Below are positions 46,630 to 58,249 of a stretch of 64,000 nucleotides of DNA, in pieces. The first letter of the stretch is position 1. Every line of letters begins with the position of its first letter. Source of the DNA: Macrostomum hystrix (lineage: Eukaryota; Animalia; Platyhelminthes); NCBI GenBank assembly GCA_950097015.1, contig CATNEN010000031.1, forward strand, positions 2,108,001 through 2,172,000, read 5' to 3'. The position numbers and the translations under genes are program-made. The notes under the pieces were generated by a model that had not been told where the DNA came from, did no database searches, and was given only the letters and a program-made list of their open reading frames with translations.

Positions 46630-46860
46630 AGCACCAAGGTCCCTGAGCTCGATTCCGCGGCGAGGCCACATTCATTTGGGGTGCAGTCGCGGAGAGAAGG
46701 CTTGTGGGCTTGTGAAATTTACGCCCTTGAGGGCCAACCTCCAAGGCACATTGAATATGCACACTGCCTGACGATGAGGAAGTCAGGGCTGATGTACACA
46801 CCTATGCGAGCGTATGCATGCGTACAGTATCTGTGTGCGTGTGTGCTCAGGAGTCACCTT
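46630..46860 (+). mobile_element. SINE family B, truncated at both ends
   Basis: gagctcgattccgcggcgaggccac...cctgacgatgaggaagtcaggg...gtgtgctcaggagtca. Confidence 0.8.
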
Positions 46861-46921
46861 TTTGGTCACCAAGAAGAAAAACAGAAATTAAGCCGCTGCT
46901 CTGTACTAAAAATGGCTTCTA

Positions 46922-47004
46922 TCATGACCTTCTCCTGCTTCCAATCAGTTCAGATTAGCTTCTTTCATGACCTTCTCCTGCTTCCAATCAGTTCAGATTA
47001 GCTT
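46922..47004. repeat. 40-bp direct tandem duplication containing CCAAT
   Basis: TCATGACCTTCTCCTGCTTCCAATCAGTTCAGATTAGCTT occurs twice, with period 43. Confidence 0.9.
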
Positions 47005-48419
47005 GCCGATCGCTGCCATTTCACAGTTGCTTTCCATATAGGCTCGAATTACCTCAGCGCCTGTCAAATCTACTCATGCGGGCCGCATTCTCTGTGGGAG
47101 GTCCGCCAATCTCAGCCATCTGGCAAGGCTCTTACCTGAGCCTGACAGACCCTCGAGACTTTCACCCATTAACATTGCGCCTGTTGTTGACTCAAGACTT
47201 TCACCGCCGACCAAAAAGGTGGGGCCCCGACGACTCAAAAGAGAATTTGTTTGCCGAAAGAAGGAGCGGAGGTCGGGGCGGGGCCTAGGCCCGGCCCAGT
47301 GTGTGCATTGGCGAGGCCTCTAGAACAAACTTTCATCGCTTTCTTAGAATAGCGGGCCAGCGAAATGAGCAAACAATGCGAATAGGACTAGCGTCACCGC
47401 GCACTCAAGACAGCCGGCCTTCATGCAACTGGGAGTGAGGCCAAGAGAATGGGGAACAGAGAGAGAGAGAGATGTTAACCGTGCGGCCAGGTACACAATA
47501 CGAAACCAATTTCTACGCCAATTCAATCGACTGTTCCCTGCCTTGTCTCTGTTTGTCCTTCTCCTCTCATAAGCTGGGGCCCCACTCCGGATCCCACCGC
47601 GGAGCAGCTTTATTTTTTGTTTCTCACATCTGAGCACACCAATTTACGGTTTTAAGTCTGTGGCAGTTGAGCTGTTTGTTTTGATTGAAAGCAACTCAAT
47701 TTATAGGAGACAGTCTTTGGGAAGTGTCCGTGTGGCAGGGGACAAGAGACCACCCGCGAGTGTCCCAGACAAACGCGACAAGTTTTGGCTATCTCAAAGC
47801 AGCCTTTGAGTCGCATTAGAGCTAAATGCTCATTGTTTGCTCAAGAGACCCAAACGCTGCTTTTCGTTGCCGACTGCCCGCGCCACATTTTCGAGCACAA
47901 AGTGGCCTTGCATGGTTTGCTGCCGGGCACTGACCGTGTGTGTGTCTGTGTGTCTGCCAGCCGTTTGTTATTTTTTTAATGCCTCCCGCCACCCACAGAC
48001 AGTGAATGAAGCACAGTTCATTCTCTATAATTCAGTAGCTACCTGTATTATTGCTCATTGTCCTTAATTATCGCCGCCCCTCTGAAGCCACCGCCCCGCC
48101 GGTGTCTGCTAGCCCCAGCCGCTCTCTATTTAGCTTTAAATCACGTTGGCCAATTTTGACAGCAGCTCAAACTATATATCAATCTGGGTAAGGTGTTTTT
48201 GCACAGCTTTGCAATTATAGCACCTCTAACCGGTGGTGGGTTGATGCTTAAGAATAAGAAAGTGCAGATAGTGTCTTAGAATAGTGGAGTAACTCCAACT
48301 AGTGCCTCATCACTCTACAGACATTTATTATCGTCTCACATATTTCCATCTGTTTCAATTATCTTCAGCCTACACAATACTTATCAATCAAACTCTCACT
48401 CTGCGTCTCTCCCTCAGCC

Positions 48420-48840
48420 TCCACCAATGTCTGTATTACACACACTCCCTCTCTTCCTCTCACTCTACCTCTCTTCCTCTCACTCTACCTCTCTTCCTCT
48501 CACACTCCCTCTCTTCCTCTCAATCTACCTCTCTTCCTCTCACACTCCCTCTCTTCCTCTCACACTCCCTCTCTTCCTCTCACACTACCTCTCTTCCTCT
48601 CACACTCCCTTTATTCCTCTCACTCTACCTCTCTTCCTCTCAATCTACCTCTCTTCCTCTCACTCTACGTCTCTTCCTCTCACTCTCCCTCTCTTCCTCT
48701 CACTCTACCTCTCTTCCTCTCACTCTCCCTCTCTTCCTCTCACTCTACGTCTCTTCCTCTCACTCTCCCTCTCTTCCTCTCACTCTACCTCTCTTCCTCT
48801 CACTCTCCCTCTCTTCCTCTTACTCTCCCTCTCTTCCACA
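48420..48840. repeat. CT-rich 20-bp minisatellite
   Basis: Same family as 37880-38280. Confidence 0.92.
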
Positions 48841-49479
48841 AAACTAGTGCCCTTTTTTTATTGAATTCGGCATTGTTTAATTTAAATTGCTAGAAAATAT
48901 TCATTACCACATGATAGATAACTTTCTGCATTACCCCGTCACGCTAACCAATTTTTCAGCCGCTTCTGAAGAAAAAGAGTTGACTGAATCACTGCGCGAC
49001 CTGCCAAACATCCCTTCACGAGCTACTCGTAGAAGAAAGATTGATCGACAATTAAAAAGTACTTTAGCTGTGTTAATAAGCCTGCATTTCTGTTCTCATT
49101 GTTCAGTGCAATAAAAGCCGAAAAAATTGACTGCCGATTTGCAGTGAACCCGTTGTGAAAATGGAGGCAACTTTGCACTATTTTTCCACTTTTTTGTGTG
49201 AGTAGAAATGCAGAAAGTGTTGGGATGAGATGACTGCTCAAGAAAGCATTTCGGCCATTGGAAGAATTTCGAATCGATTTTATCGATCGGTGCGGCCAAG
49301 CCTCTTGTAGATGGGGATTATTGGGATCATAGTTTTATGAACTGACAGTCATTTAACAGCTTATAAAGATGACCTAAAGAGCAATGAGAGTATCATAGAG
49401 AACTTGTCCGATGTTACATAAGCATGTGTACTTGGTAGCCAATAAGTATGTGGCTAAGTGCTATGAAGAGGCATTCTAC

Positions 49480-49990
49480 GAAATCTGTCATTTCTCCGAA
49501 TCTGTCACTTTTCCGAATCTGTCATTTCTCTGAATCTGTCACTTTTCCGAATCTGTCATTTCTCCGAATCTGTCACTTTTCCGAATCTGTCATTTCTCCG
49601 AATCTGTCACTTTTCCGAATCTGTCATTTCTCCGAATCTGTCATTTCTCTGAATCTGTCACTTTTCCGAATCTGTCATTTCTACGAAACTGTCATTTTTC
49701 CGAATCTGTCACTTTTCCGAATCTGTCATTTCTACGAAACTGTCATTTTTCCGAATCTGTCACTTTTCCGAATCTGTCATTTCTACGAAACTGTCATTTT
49801 TCCGAATCTGTCATTTCTCCGAATCTGTCATTTCTCCGAATCTGTCACTTTTCCGAATCTGTCATTTCTCCGAATCTATCATTTTTCCGAATCTGTCATT
49901 TCTCCGAATCTGTCACTTTTCCGAATCTTTCACTTTTCCGAATCTGTCATTTCTCCGAATCTGTCACTTTTCCAAATCTGTCAATTTACC
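49480..49990. repeat. 17-bp minisatellite (CCGAATCTGTCACTTTT / CCGAATCTGTCATTTCT)n
   Basis: About 29 copies, alternating variants. Confidence 0.95.
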
Positions 49991-50901
49991 CAAACTGTTA
50001 TTTTCCCAAAAATATCATTTTTCCAAATCAGTTATTTCCCTAAAATGTCATCCCATGTCATTTTTCGAGAGCAGTTATTTCCTAAATCTGTTATTTTTCG
50101 AAAATCTGTATTTTACAAAATCTTTCATATTTCCAAAGTCTGTCGTAAAGTTAGAAAATGTTTTGGAATCTGCTAGTTTTCAAAGATTAGCATCCACTTT
50201 TGAATTATTATTTAAAGTTTACTTTCTTTTCAGAAGGCGCATATATGGATTTTTATAATATAGTTTAAATATAGGAAAAAGTGTAATGATACGGATAGAA
50301 TCACAAATAGATTCGCCAAGTCTTCAGGTTAAGCATGCTGCATGTATTTTACTTGTATTTTTGTGCCTCATTTTTCGCTCTAAAATTTGACTATAGTCTT
50401 CAGACGGCAATCGAAATCTAGAAAAAATTGCCTTTGAGCCGGTCTCACACCGGCCCTCGCATTCAACTTGCTATTGCGCGCTTCCCCCTAAAAGCAGCTT
50501 CGAGTGCTTCTGAAGCGCATCTTGAGGGACCCCCGTCGGGCCTATCTGTGTCCCGCCTCATCATTGTAGCTCAACCGAGCTGAGTACTCTGGTGCACGCG
50601 ACAGAGTACGGCCCGGTGAGGTTATCTTCGATGCAAGTCCGGTATCTGGGCGGGCCAGCGCTCCCTCTCTCTCTCTCTCTCTTTCACGGGGGATTGAAGA
50701 TGGGGAAATGGGAAAATGGGATATCTCAGAAGTGGTGAATAATAGTGGAAACCTGTCTGTCTGCGCGTGTGTCCCTCTTTTAGACAATGAGACTTATATT
50801 AAGGCAATTGTGAGCGAAATCCCCATGCCCGCTGGATGGATATTAAAGTCCCGCCAATTTACAATTTTTTATCCCATTCAGCCCCCCTTACAACACATTC
50901 G

Positions 50902-50940
<39 letters not shown>

Positions 50941-51279
50941 GCCAGATCCATCTCTCCACAGAACATCCACTTCCACTTTCTCTCTCTGTCTCTCTCTTTG
51001 GGCAAACATGTCATTAAAAGGCCGGTCCAGCTCCATCTTCTACCATTCTCCCATGAGTCTCCTCAAATTACCTCCCCCACCTACAGCACCCGCCTCCCTC
51101 CGCTAGAGCTGGTTTTTGCACCAAGCAAGAAGAAACCCGGGGGAGGGGGACACACTCCATCACTCCCCAAGGGCTGGCTATAGGACCAGACTCAGCGAGT
51201 GCGGAACAAGGATTGTTCACCCATTCTCACTTTCTCTTCACCGTTCAGGTTCGCTGAAGTCTTTGAAGAACTCAAAACT

Positions 51280-51640
51280 AGGTGTGGCAGCCTGCCCAGT
51301 CCACGGACTGAACAGATGTACGCAGCCTTAGGTACCGCCATGCAATGGCTGCGCGATACATCTGGCCCAACTGGGCTAGGCATCTCTGTGTTAGATAGAA
51401 ATATTGTACTTAGCTAGATTGGCTAGAAAGGTCGCGGGTTCGATTCCTGACTCCACTGGAACAGGTTTGTGACCTTTAGGAAGACAGTTCACACAGCTGT
51501 TAAATGGTAATTAAGGGTGGGTGTTGCGTCCCCCCCAGTCCATGGACCGGAAAAAACCGTAAGCAGACTTCAGATGCGACTCTCAATAGGAGCGGCTGTC
51601 TGCTGGTGGCACATGTGACCCAATTGGGGCAGGTGTAATA
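51280..51640 (+). mobile_element. Two adjacent SINE family A copies (3' part at 51280-51380; near-full copy at 51415-51640)
   Basis: B box gggttcgattcc at ~51437, palindrome variants, and cttcagatgcg and catctggcccaa tail motifs. Confidence 0.75.
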
Positions 51641-53429
51641 AATGATTAGTAATTATGATAAAAATTGTCACAAAAATAGTCTTTTTAACTAGATGCTGTG
51701 GTTAGTTTCGCTCGGAAGACTCGGGCCATCAATTTGACAATTCAGGTGTGAAATTTAGCGCAGTTCACAGACTCAACTGAAGGCCCTGAACGGCCTGGCC
51801 TACCCTGAAGAGGCTTCTCAGTAGCGCATTATACCTGTCACTCAACTAGCAAACAGCAGCTAGGAAAAATGTATGTTAGAATTTCTGCAGTTAATTGTCG
51901 AAAGCTGTCAAATCCCAATTTTTTATTTGAACAAAAATTAGCTTCGCTACAATTACAGTAGCCCGGCTATCAATAGGGTAATTTCCGGAATGATTAAGGT
52001 GACTGGGCATCAGTGAATCATATTTCCGCATTAATTAGCAGTCACTAAAATGGCATCATTGACACTGGGCCCCTATCGATTCGCAATCGCAGTCAAAAGC
52101 TTGAATTCGGCACTCAGTTTAATGTGCTTGAATGGCGACTATTATCTATACCTGCAGCTTATGGTCGAAGTTTTCAGTATATTCCCCTAGAGAATTTAAG
52201 TTCACTTGCAGATAATTGGCTATACACTGCAGGACAGTTTGACCAAATAGGCGTGGGGCTGGCGCATTGTCACGTGGCTCTGATTGACAGCAATGCTGGG
52301 GCCATTGCTTTTGGTATATCATAGATAGGCATGAGGCTTAGGAGCTGAATATAAATGACATCACCAGTGTGAGAACGAACAGCCTGAATTCGTGCTCAAA
52401 AAGGTATATTATATTTTTCGAATCTTATAATATAAAAATAATATTTCCAGCAGCCCCGCATGGAGTATGGGGGGGGTTACCAACACGGGATGCGACCGAT
52501 TTGCTGAATTCCCATGCGATGGGGATAATTACTGTTTGGTATGAGTTTATATACTTCTCAATTTCTACCCAGTTTCTAAAAGGCACTGACACAAGCAATA
52601 ATATATATTAAAAAAATATAAGTAGAACTCAACCCCCCCTAAAACTAGAATGCAAACAAAGTCGGAGCATGCAAGACAGCACCTGGGCGTTGAGTGGGCC
52701 AATCATTCCCCATACAGTATTGCATATAGATAGTGGCAGTCAGTACCCACAGCATCGCAGTTCTCACTTATAGCGAGCCACTTGTCTCATATCTGGTGTC
52801 TCCACCAAGGTCTCAAGCAGTCTCGCCCACTGACAGTCAGGTGCCCCCCGGTTCCACTTTCTCAATCGTTCGTGTTTGGGCCTCTTAAAGATGAGAAAAG
52901 TTTCTTTATAAGAAAAATTGCAGACTTATTGAAGACGGACTGAAAAACAAAGACCTAAAATATTGCGCCGTGGGGTGAAGGGCCTTTATTTTATCGTCAA
53001 TTTCCCATATTATCCCAATTCCACTTTCTCACCTCTCAACCTTTGCCGGTATCCATGAGGCCGTCGCTAAACTGGGGAGCCCATGCGATAAACAAAGACC
53101 TATAAATAAGGGCACAGTGTAGGTGACACAATCCGATTAGACAGGCCGTAGCAACACAGACAGATTAACGCAGTCTTTAGCCCTTTGAGGTAGGCAAAGT
53201 GTTTGGCAAGTGTTTGCTGTTCGATCTCCAGTCCTGCAGAGTTATGGAATTTGTGTGCCCGTTTGTGCCCGGCTGATCACCGCAAAGCAAGAGCTTTATG
53301 AAGGCGTCACTAAAAGCGCTTTGTTATTGCTGTTGTTGCTGTCGGCATTATGATGCTTATTGCATCAGATATTAAAGTGAAAAATCAACAAACACTCGCT
53401 TATATGTATTTAATAATTAATAATATTTG

Positions 53430-53700
53430 ATGTTAAGCCGACAGCACAGCCACAGCCATTGCGCGGCGCATCTGAAGACTGCGTACGGCTGTTCAGTCCA
53501 TGGACTGGGGGGACGCCACACCCACCCTCAATTACCCCAGCTAATCCTGATACCCATTTAACAGCTTAGTGAACTGAAGCAATGCAGAGTCAAGTGTCTG
53601 GCTAAAGGACTCAAATTGTTCCAGTGGAGTCGGGAATCGAACCCCCGACATTCAAGTCATCACTCATCAGTCCCATGCTCGAACCACTGGGCTACAACCC
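53430..53700 (-). mobile_element. SINE family A, near full length
   Basis: Highly similar to 21551-21868 across head, CORE and palindrome. Confidence 0.85.
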
Positions 53701-54453
53701 CTTGAGCCCCGGCTACATACATCACACTAATGTATGTAGTTATGTATGCAGTCAGTAAATACATGATTTATGGTTTATAATCATGTCATGCATATTTATT
53801 ATACACATTGTGCCGTTTACATTTATAAATAATATTTATATTTGATGCACAAAAAATCTTGAAAAGAAATAGCAAAACAAAGCAATTTTGAAATTAAGCA
53901 TGAAGCAGCATTTATAGATAGTTTGCATCGACAAAGAGTGCAAGCGATTACACAATTGCAACAGGAAAAATACAAGAGAAAGAGAGAAAAAATGGAAACG
54001 AAATTCTGTGTGTGAGACAGTTGCATCATCGGTTATTGAGTTTCCTTTTTTTCAGCGAGACCGACCGATAAACTAATTTTGCAGCAGCATTCCCCGCGTG
54101 AGATTTTGCAATCCTTCGAGATTCTAAGACGGACAGAAGGAACAAAACCCCAATCAAGTTTCTTATAATAAATAGCTAACAAATATTTAAAAAAGAACTC
54201 ACATTCATGCGGAAAAATTATCGCAAGAAAAAATACAAGCATGAAGCAATTCATGGAACGGGCATTATGGCTACACTGGTTAGATATCAAATATGTTTCA
54301 TTTCAGCAGTGCGGCTGGCACTGCACTGTTCTATCACAATCTGTGTAAATTGAGTTCGGGCTCAGTTGGGGGAAGATCAACTACAGTATTCGGTCCATGC
54401 AAAGTCCGTAATGATGCAATCACAGCCTCATGCTCACAGAACTGCTCACACGG

Positions 54454-56046
54454 CTATAAGGTGCCGCTGTTGTACTTGTAATAGTACTGCTGCTGCATCG
54501 CCGGGTCCTCCGCCTTGATTGGCCCGTAGCCGTAGCCTGCCATGTCGTAGTATTTGAGATCCGCAGCGGCAGCCGCAGCGCCGTGGTTCATCAGCGAGCT
54601 GATGGAGAACGGATGGCTGAAGTTGCCCATGAAGCTGGGGTCCATGGACATCATGTCGGCTGGCAGGAAGTAGCCATGCTGCGGCTGCGGCACTAGAGTA
54701 CCGTCTGGCATCATCATGGCCGAGTGATGGCCTGCGTGCTCCGGCTGCCCCAGCTGCTGCTGCTGCTGCTGTAGCTGCTGGTTCTGATGCTGCATCTGCT
54801 GATGCTGCGGGTGCTGCAGAGGCTGATGCAGCTGGTGCTGATGCTGTTGCTGCATCTGCATTAAGTGATGATGTGAGGGAGGCATCGAGGACCCCATCAT
54901 GGATGGCGCCATGTGGGACCCCGACGGCAAGGCGTGGCAGCCCACAGGCGGAGCTGATGTCACCGCGGCTGACATGCTCGTTTGCGGATCATGGAGCTGC
55001 TGCTGTTGCTGCTGGTGATGAATTCTAGAAGGATGCTCGAGACCGTTGCCTGGATCCTGGGAGGCTGACACAGCAGCTGCTGCCGCCGCCGCCGCAGCCG
55101 CAGCCGCCGCTGCTGACTCTGGCGTGCTGGACTGCTGCAGTTTGGACTTGGACAACGTGGAGGCCGGACTGCTGCCGCACGGGCTGTCCGGCTCCTCCTT
55201 CATGCAACCGTCGTCATCGTCGTCGTCATCGTCGCGATCGTCCTGATCGGCTGACGATCCGTCGGCGCTAGCCGCGGCACGATTCGCTTGCCGCGTTGCC
55301 TCACGCTTCGGATCCTTGAACCGCTTCTGCCGGCGCAGGTAACAGCCGTTCTCGAACATGTTGCCGCTTTCTGGGTGCAGCGTCCAGTAGGAGCCTTTGC
55401 CCGGCTTGTCCGGGCTGCGCGGCACCTTCAGGAAGCAGTCGTTGAAGGACAGCGAGTGCCGGATCGAGTTCTGCCAGCGCTGCTGATTCTGTCGGTAGTA
55501 GGCAAAGTTGTCCATGATGTACTGGTAGATCTCAGCCAGGGTGCACATGTGTTGCGGCGACTGCTGGATGGCCATCGTGATCAGGCTGATGTAGCTGTAC
55601 GGCGGCTTGGAGTGCGTGTAGGTCCTCCGGTAAGCCGCCGCTGCGGCCGCCTTGCCGCCGTCCAGGGAGCCTCCGCTGCCGCTGCCGACGACGCCGATTG
55701 GAGCTCCGCCCATGATGCTGCGACCAGTCGGGCTGGAGCTGCGGCTGTTGGACATCACACCGGTCCCGCCGCCCATACCGCCACCGCCGACAACGCTGCT
55801 GCCCCCGATTCCGTTGTTTAAATCGACGCTTCGCATCGCGGCTGACGGCATGCCCATGTGGCCGGATGCCGCCGGCATGTTGCCGCCGTAGACAGCCATC
55901 GGGCCCATGCCCATCATGTGGCTGGTCATCTGGGGGCTGTAGCCCTGCACGCCAGGCGACATCGATGAGCTCATTGCGTAGCCGCTGCTCATGCCAGGGT
56001 AGCAGCCGGACATGCCACTGGGATCGTACGTTTTTCCTGTCAACAT
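54454..56046 (-). CDS. FoxA: Forkhead box A (HNF3/fork head) transcription factor, 530 aa, intronless
   Basis: The forkhead domain [22 protein letters not shown]...[56 protein letters not shown] is FoxA-diagnostic. The C-terminal eh1-like motif HPFSISSLM is present. Confidence 0.98.
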   Translation of the reverse strand: MLTGKTYDPSGMSGCYPGMSSGYAMSSSMSPGVQGYSPQMTSHMMGMGPMAVYGGNMPAASGHMGMPSAAMRSVDLNNGIGGSSVVGGGGMGGGTGVMSNSRSSSPTGRSIMGGAPIGVVGSGSGGSLDGGKAAAAAAYRRTYTHSKPPYSYISLITMAIQQSPQHMCTLAEIYQYIMDNFAYYRQNQQRWQNSIRHSLSFNDCFLKVPRSPDKPGKGSYWTLHPESGNMFENGCYLRRQKRFKDPKREATRQANRAAASADGSSADQDDRDDDDDDDDGCMKEEPDSPCGSSPASTLSKSKLQQSSTPESAAAAAAAAAAAAAAVSASQDPGNGLEHPSRIHHQQQQQQLHDPQTSMSAAVTSAPPVGCHALPSGSHMAPSMMGSSMPPSHHHLMQMQQQHQHQLHQPLQHPQHQQMQHQNQQLQQQQQQLGQPEHAGHHSAMMMPDGTLVPQPQHGYFLPADMMSMDPSFMGNFSHPFSISSLMNHGAAAAAADLKYYDMAGYGYGPIKAEDPAMQQQYYYKYNSGTL

Positions 56047-56159
56047 GGCCGTTGATCTTCGAGATTCTCCTTAGCGCTCGCTGTGCAATGGACTCAACAG
56101 GGGAGGAAAGCTAGAGAGCGCCTGTGCGGAGTGGCTGTGCGGGACTGCCGAGTTCGAGT

Positions 56160-56620
56160 CTCGCAAACAAACAGGCGCTCGGGTATGTGGGTTAAAGGGA
56201 GCGAGCAAACAAGTTTAATCTATTAGACCGCGAAGGCTCTGAGGCCGGGGAGAGGAATGAAAGGCTTGGGCAAATTTGCCAACTTTGATTGCAAGGAAAA
56301 TAAATTTTCTGCTTGCTCTGCTTTGCCCAGTGGAAAATGATTACACTTGACTTTAAAACTGGCCCCGGCTGCGGCGGGTAGGTGAAGACTGGCGGGCCGG
56401 GGGAGGTTGAGGCGGGCGGTTTGGAGCATCGGGTTGAGCCCCTGCTCCGGTTGGCTGAGACCTCACCCCGGCAGGCCGCTTGACGAACCCCTCCCTCCAA
56501 CTCCGCGACAGGACTCAAACCGCACCCCCCTCCACCAAGGAGTTCCAGCTCATTGAGTAACCACACGGAGTAGATAGAGCGTGCCGCCATTGGCTGGGGG
56601 CGGCAGCGCCATTTTGAGCA
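56160..56620 (-). promoter_or_regulatory. Putative FoxA promoter/5' UTR with Fox-type sites, GC boxes and CCAAT-like elements
   Basis: GCAAACA (TGTTTGC on the minus strand) occurs twice near 56163 and 56205. GGGCGG motifs and ATTGG at ~56590 are also present. Confidence 0.45.
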
Positions 56621-57244
56621 CAACCCCAACCAGCTGACTCGAGCCCGATGGAAACTGTGAGCAGCAGCGGGACGAAAGCAGTCGATCCCCAGCACCCCCG
56701 CCGAGATCCCTTTTACCATTTTTCCTTACTCTATCTTTTCTCATCTCAACTATATAGCCATCGGGTAGCTTTGAGTCCGATCTGGGCATGAGGAAGGGGA
56801 GAGGTTGGGAGAAGGGGCCAACTTTGCGAGCCGGGCATGATGACGGACTGCAGGGCGGAGGGGCTAGACTACACTATTTACCCAGCTTATCTCAGCCTCC
56901 AACCCACGGAGGGCATGTGGTGGGTCTGGGGTGGGGTGGCCGCGGGCCGTGCAAGATAAGATAAGTGCCTCATATATGGGATTCGTGTTCTGAGCTCTGC
57001 GGTCTGCTCAACTCCTAACTGAAAATCTCCTCTGCATTCTGTCCCGCACAGGCCCCAATACAAAATCTGCGACCGCTCTGCTTGTGGCTTTATCCTTCAC
57101 TGTTATACTTTTCAGTATCTCACAGCATCTGAAGACGCTACTAACGTATAACATCACCATGGAATAATTATACAGTTTGATTGTAAAGATTAAAAAAATA
57201 GCAACCCCTGTTGTCCTGTCCTGTACTTGCATGACTAGTATCTC

Positions 57245-57880
57245 TCCAGTCTCACCTCCAGTCTCACCTCTCGTGTCTGATCTCTTCAGTCTCACCTCCT
57301 CAGTCTCACCTCTTCAGTCTCACCTCTTCAGTCTCACCTCTTCAGTCTCACCTCTTCAGTCTCACCTCTTCAGTCTCACCTCTTCAGTCTCACCTCTTCA
57401 GTCTCACCTCTCGTGTCTGATCTTTTCAGTCTCACCTCTTCAGTCTCACCTCTTCAGTCTCACCTCTTCAGTCTCACCTCTCGTGTCTGATCTTTTCAGT
57501 CTCACCTCTTCAGTCTCACCTCTTCAGTCTCACCTCTTCAGTCTCACCTCTTCAGTCTCACCTCTTCAGTCTCACCTCTTCAGTCTCACCTCTATAGTGT
57601 CTCATTTCTCCAGTCTCATCTGTCCTGTGTCATCTCTCATGTCTCATGTCTCATCTCTCATGTCTCATGTCTTATCTCTCATATCTCGTGTCTCATCTCT
57701 TCAGTCTCACCTCTCATTTCTCATGTCTGATGTCTGATGTCTCATCTCTCATTTCTCATGTCTCATCTCTTATCTCTCATGTCTCTCTTCTCGTGTCTCA
57801 TCTCTCCAGTCTCATGTCTCGTGTCTTATCTCTCGTGTCTAATCTCTCATATCTCATCTCTCATATCTCATCTCGCTTGT
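57245..57880. repeat. 14-bp minisatellite (CAGTCTCACCTCTT)n decaying into TCTCAT-rich low complexity
   Basis: Direct inspection. Confidence 0.92.
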
Positions 57881-58249
57881 CTATTAGCTACAAGAGCAGG
57901 AGTAAAGAAGAGTTAGCTAAAATGGCTACATTTTTTGAGTTGAAACATTTTCTGAGTCTTCTTAGTTGAGTCTAAAAAAGACTTGAAAGCATAGCTGGTG
58001 CAGTGAAGATATCGACTTTAGTAATGGATGCCGACAGTCTTTGTCGGTGAATTGTGATTTTGCTTTCATGTTGACTTAGTATGGTTAAAACAGGACAAAG
58101 CCCATTTCAGCCGTATTTCTTGTGCATCAAACTCCTATAGAAATAACCCCAGGTTCGCTTACGATAGTATAGAAATAATTTGAGACCATCGATTTGATGC
58201 AACATGTTGCTGCTACTTGGACTAATGTGCAAGCGCATTGAATTTTGAT

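Noticed and set aside
55288-55821. 177-aa plus-strand ORF over the FoxA forkhead domain
   Set aside because: Antisense shadow of GC-rich coding sequence with no recognisable motif.
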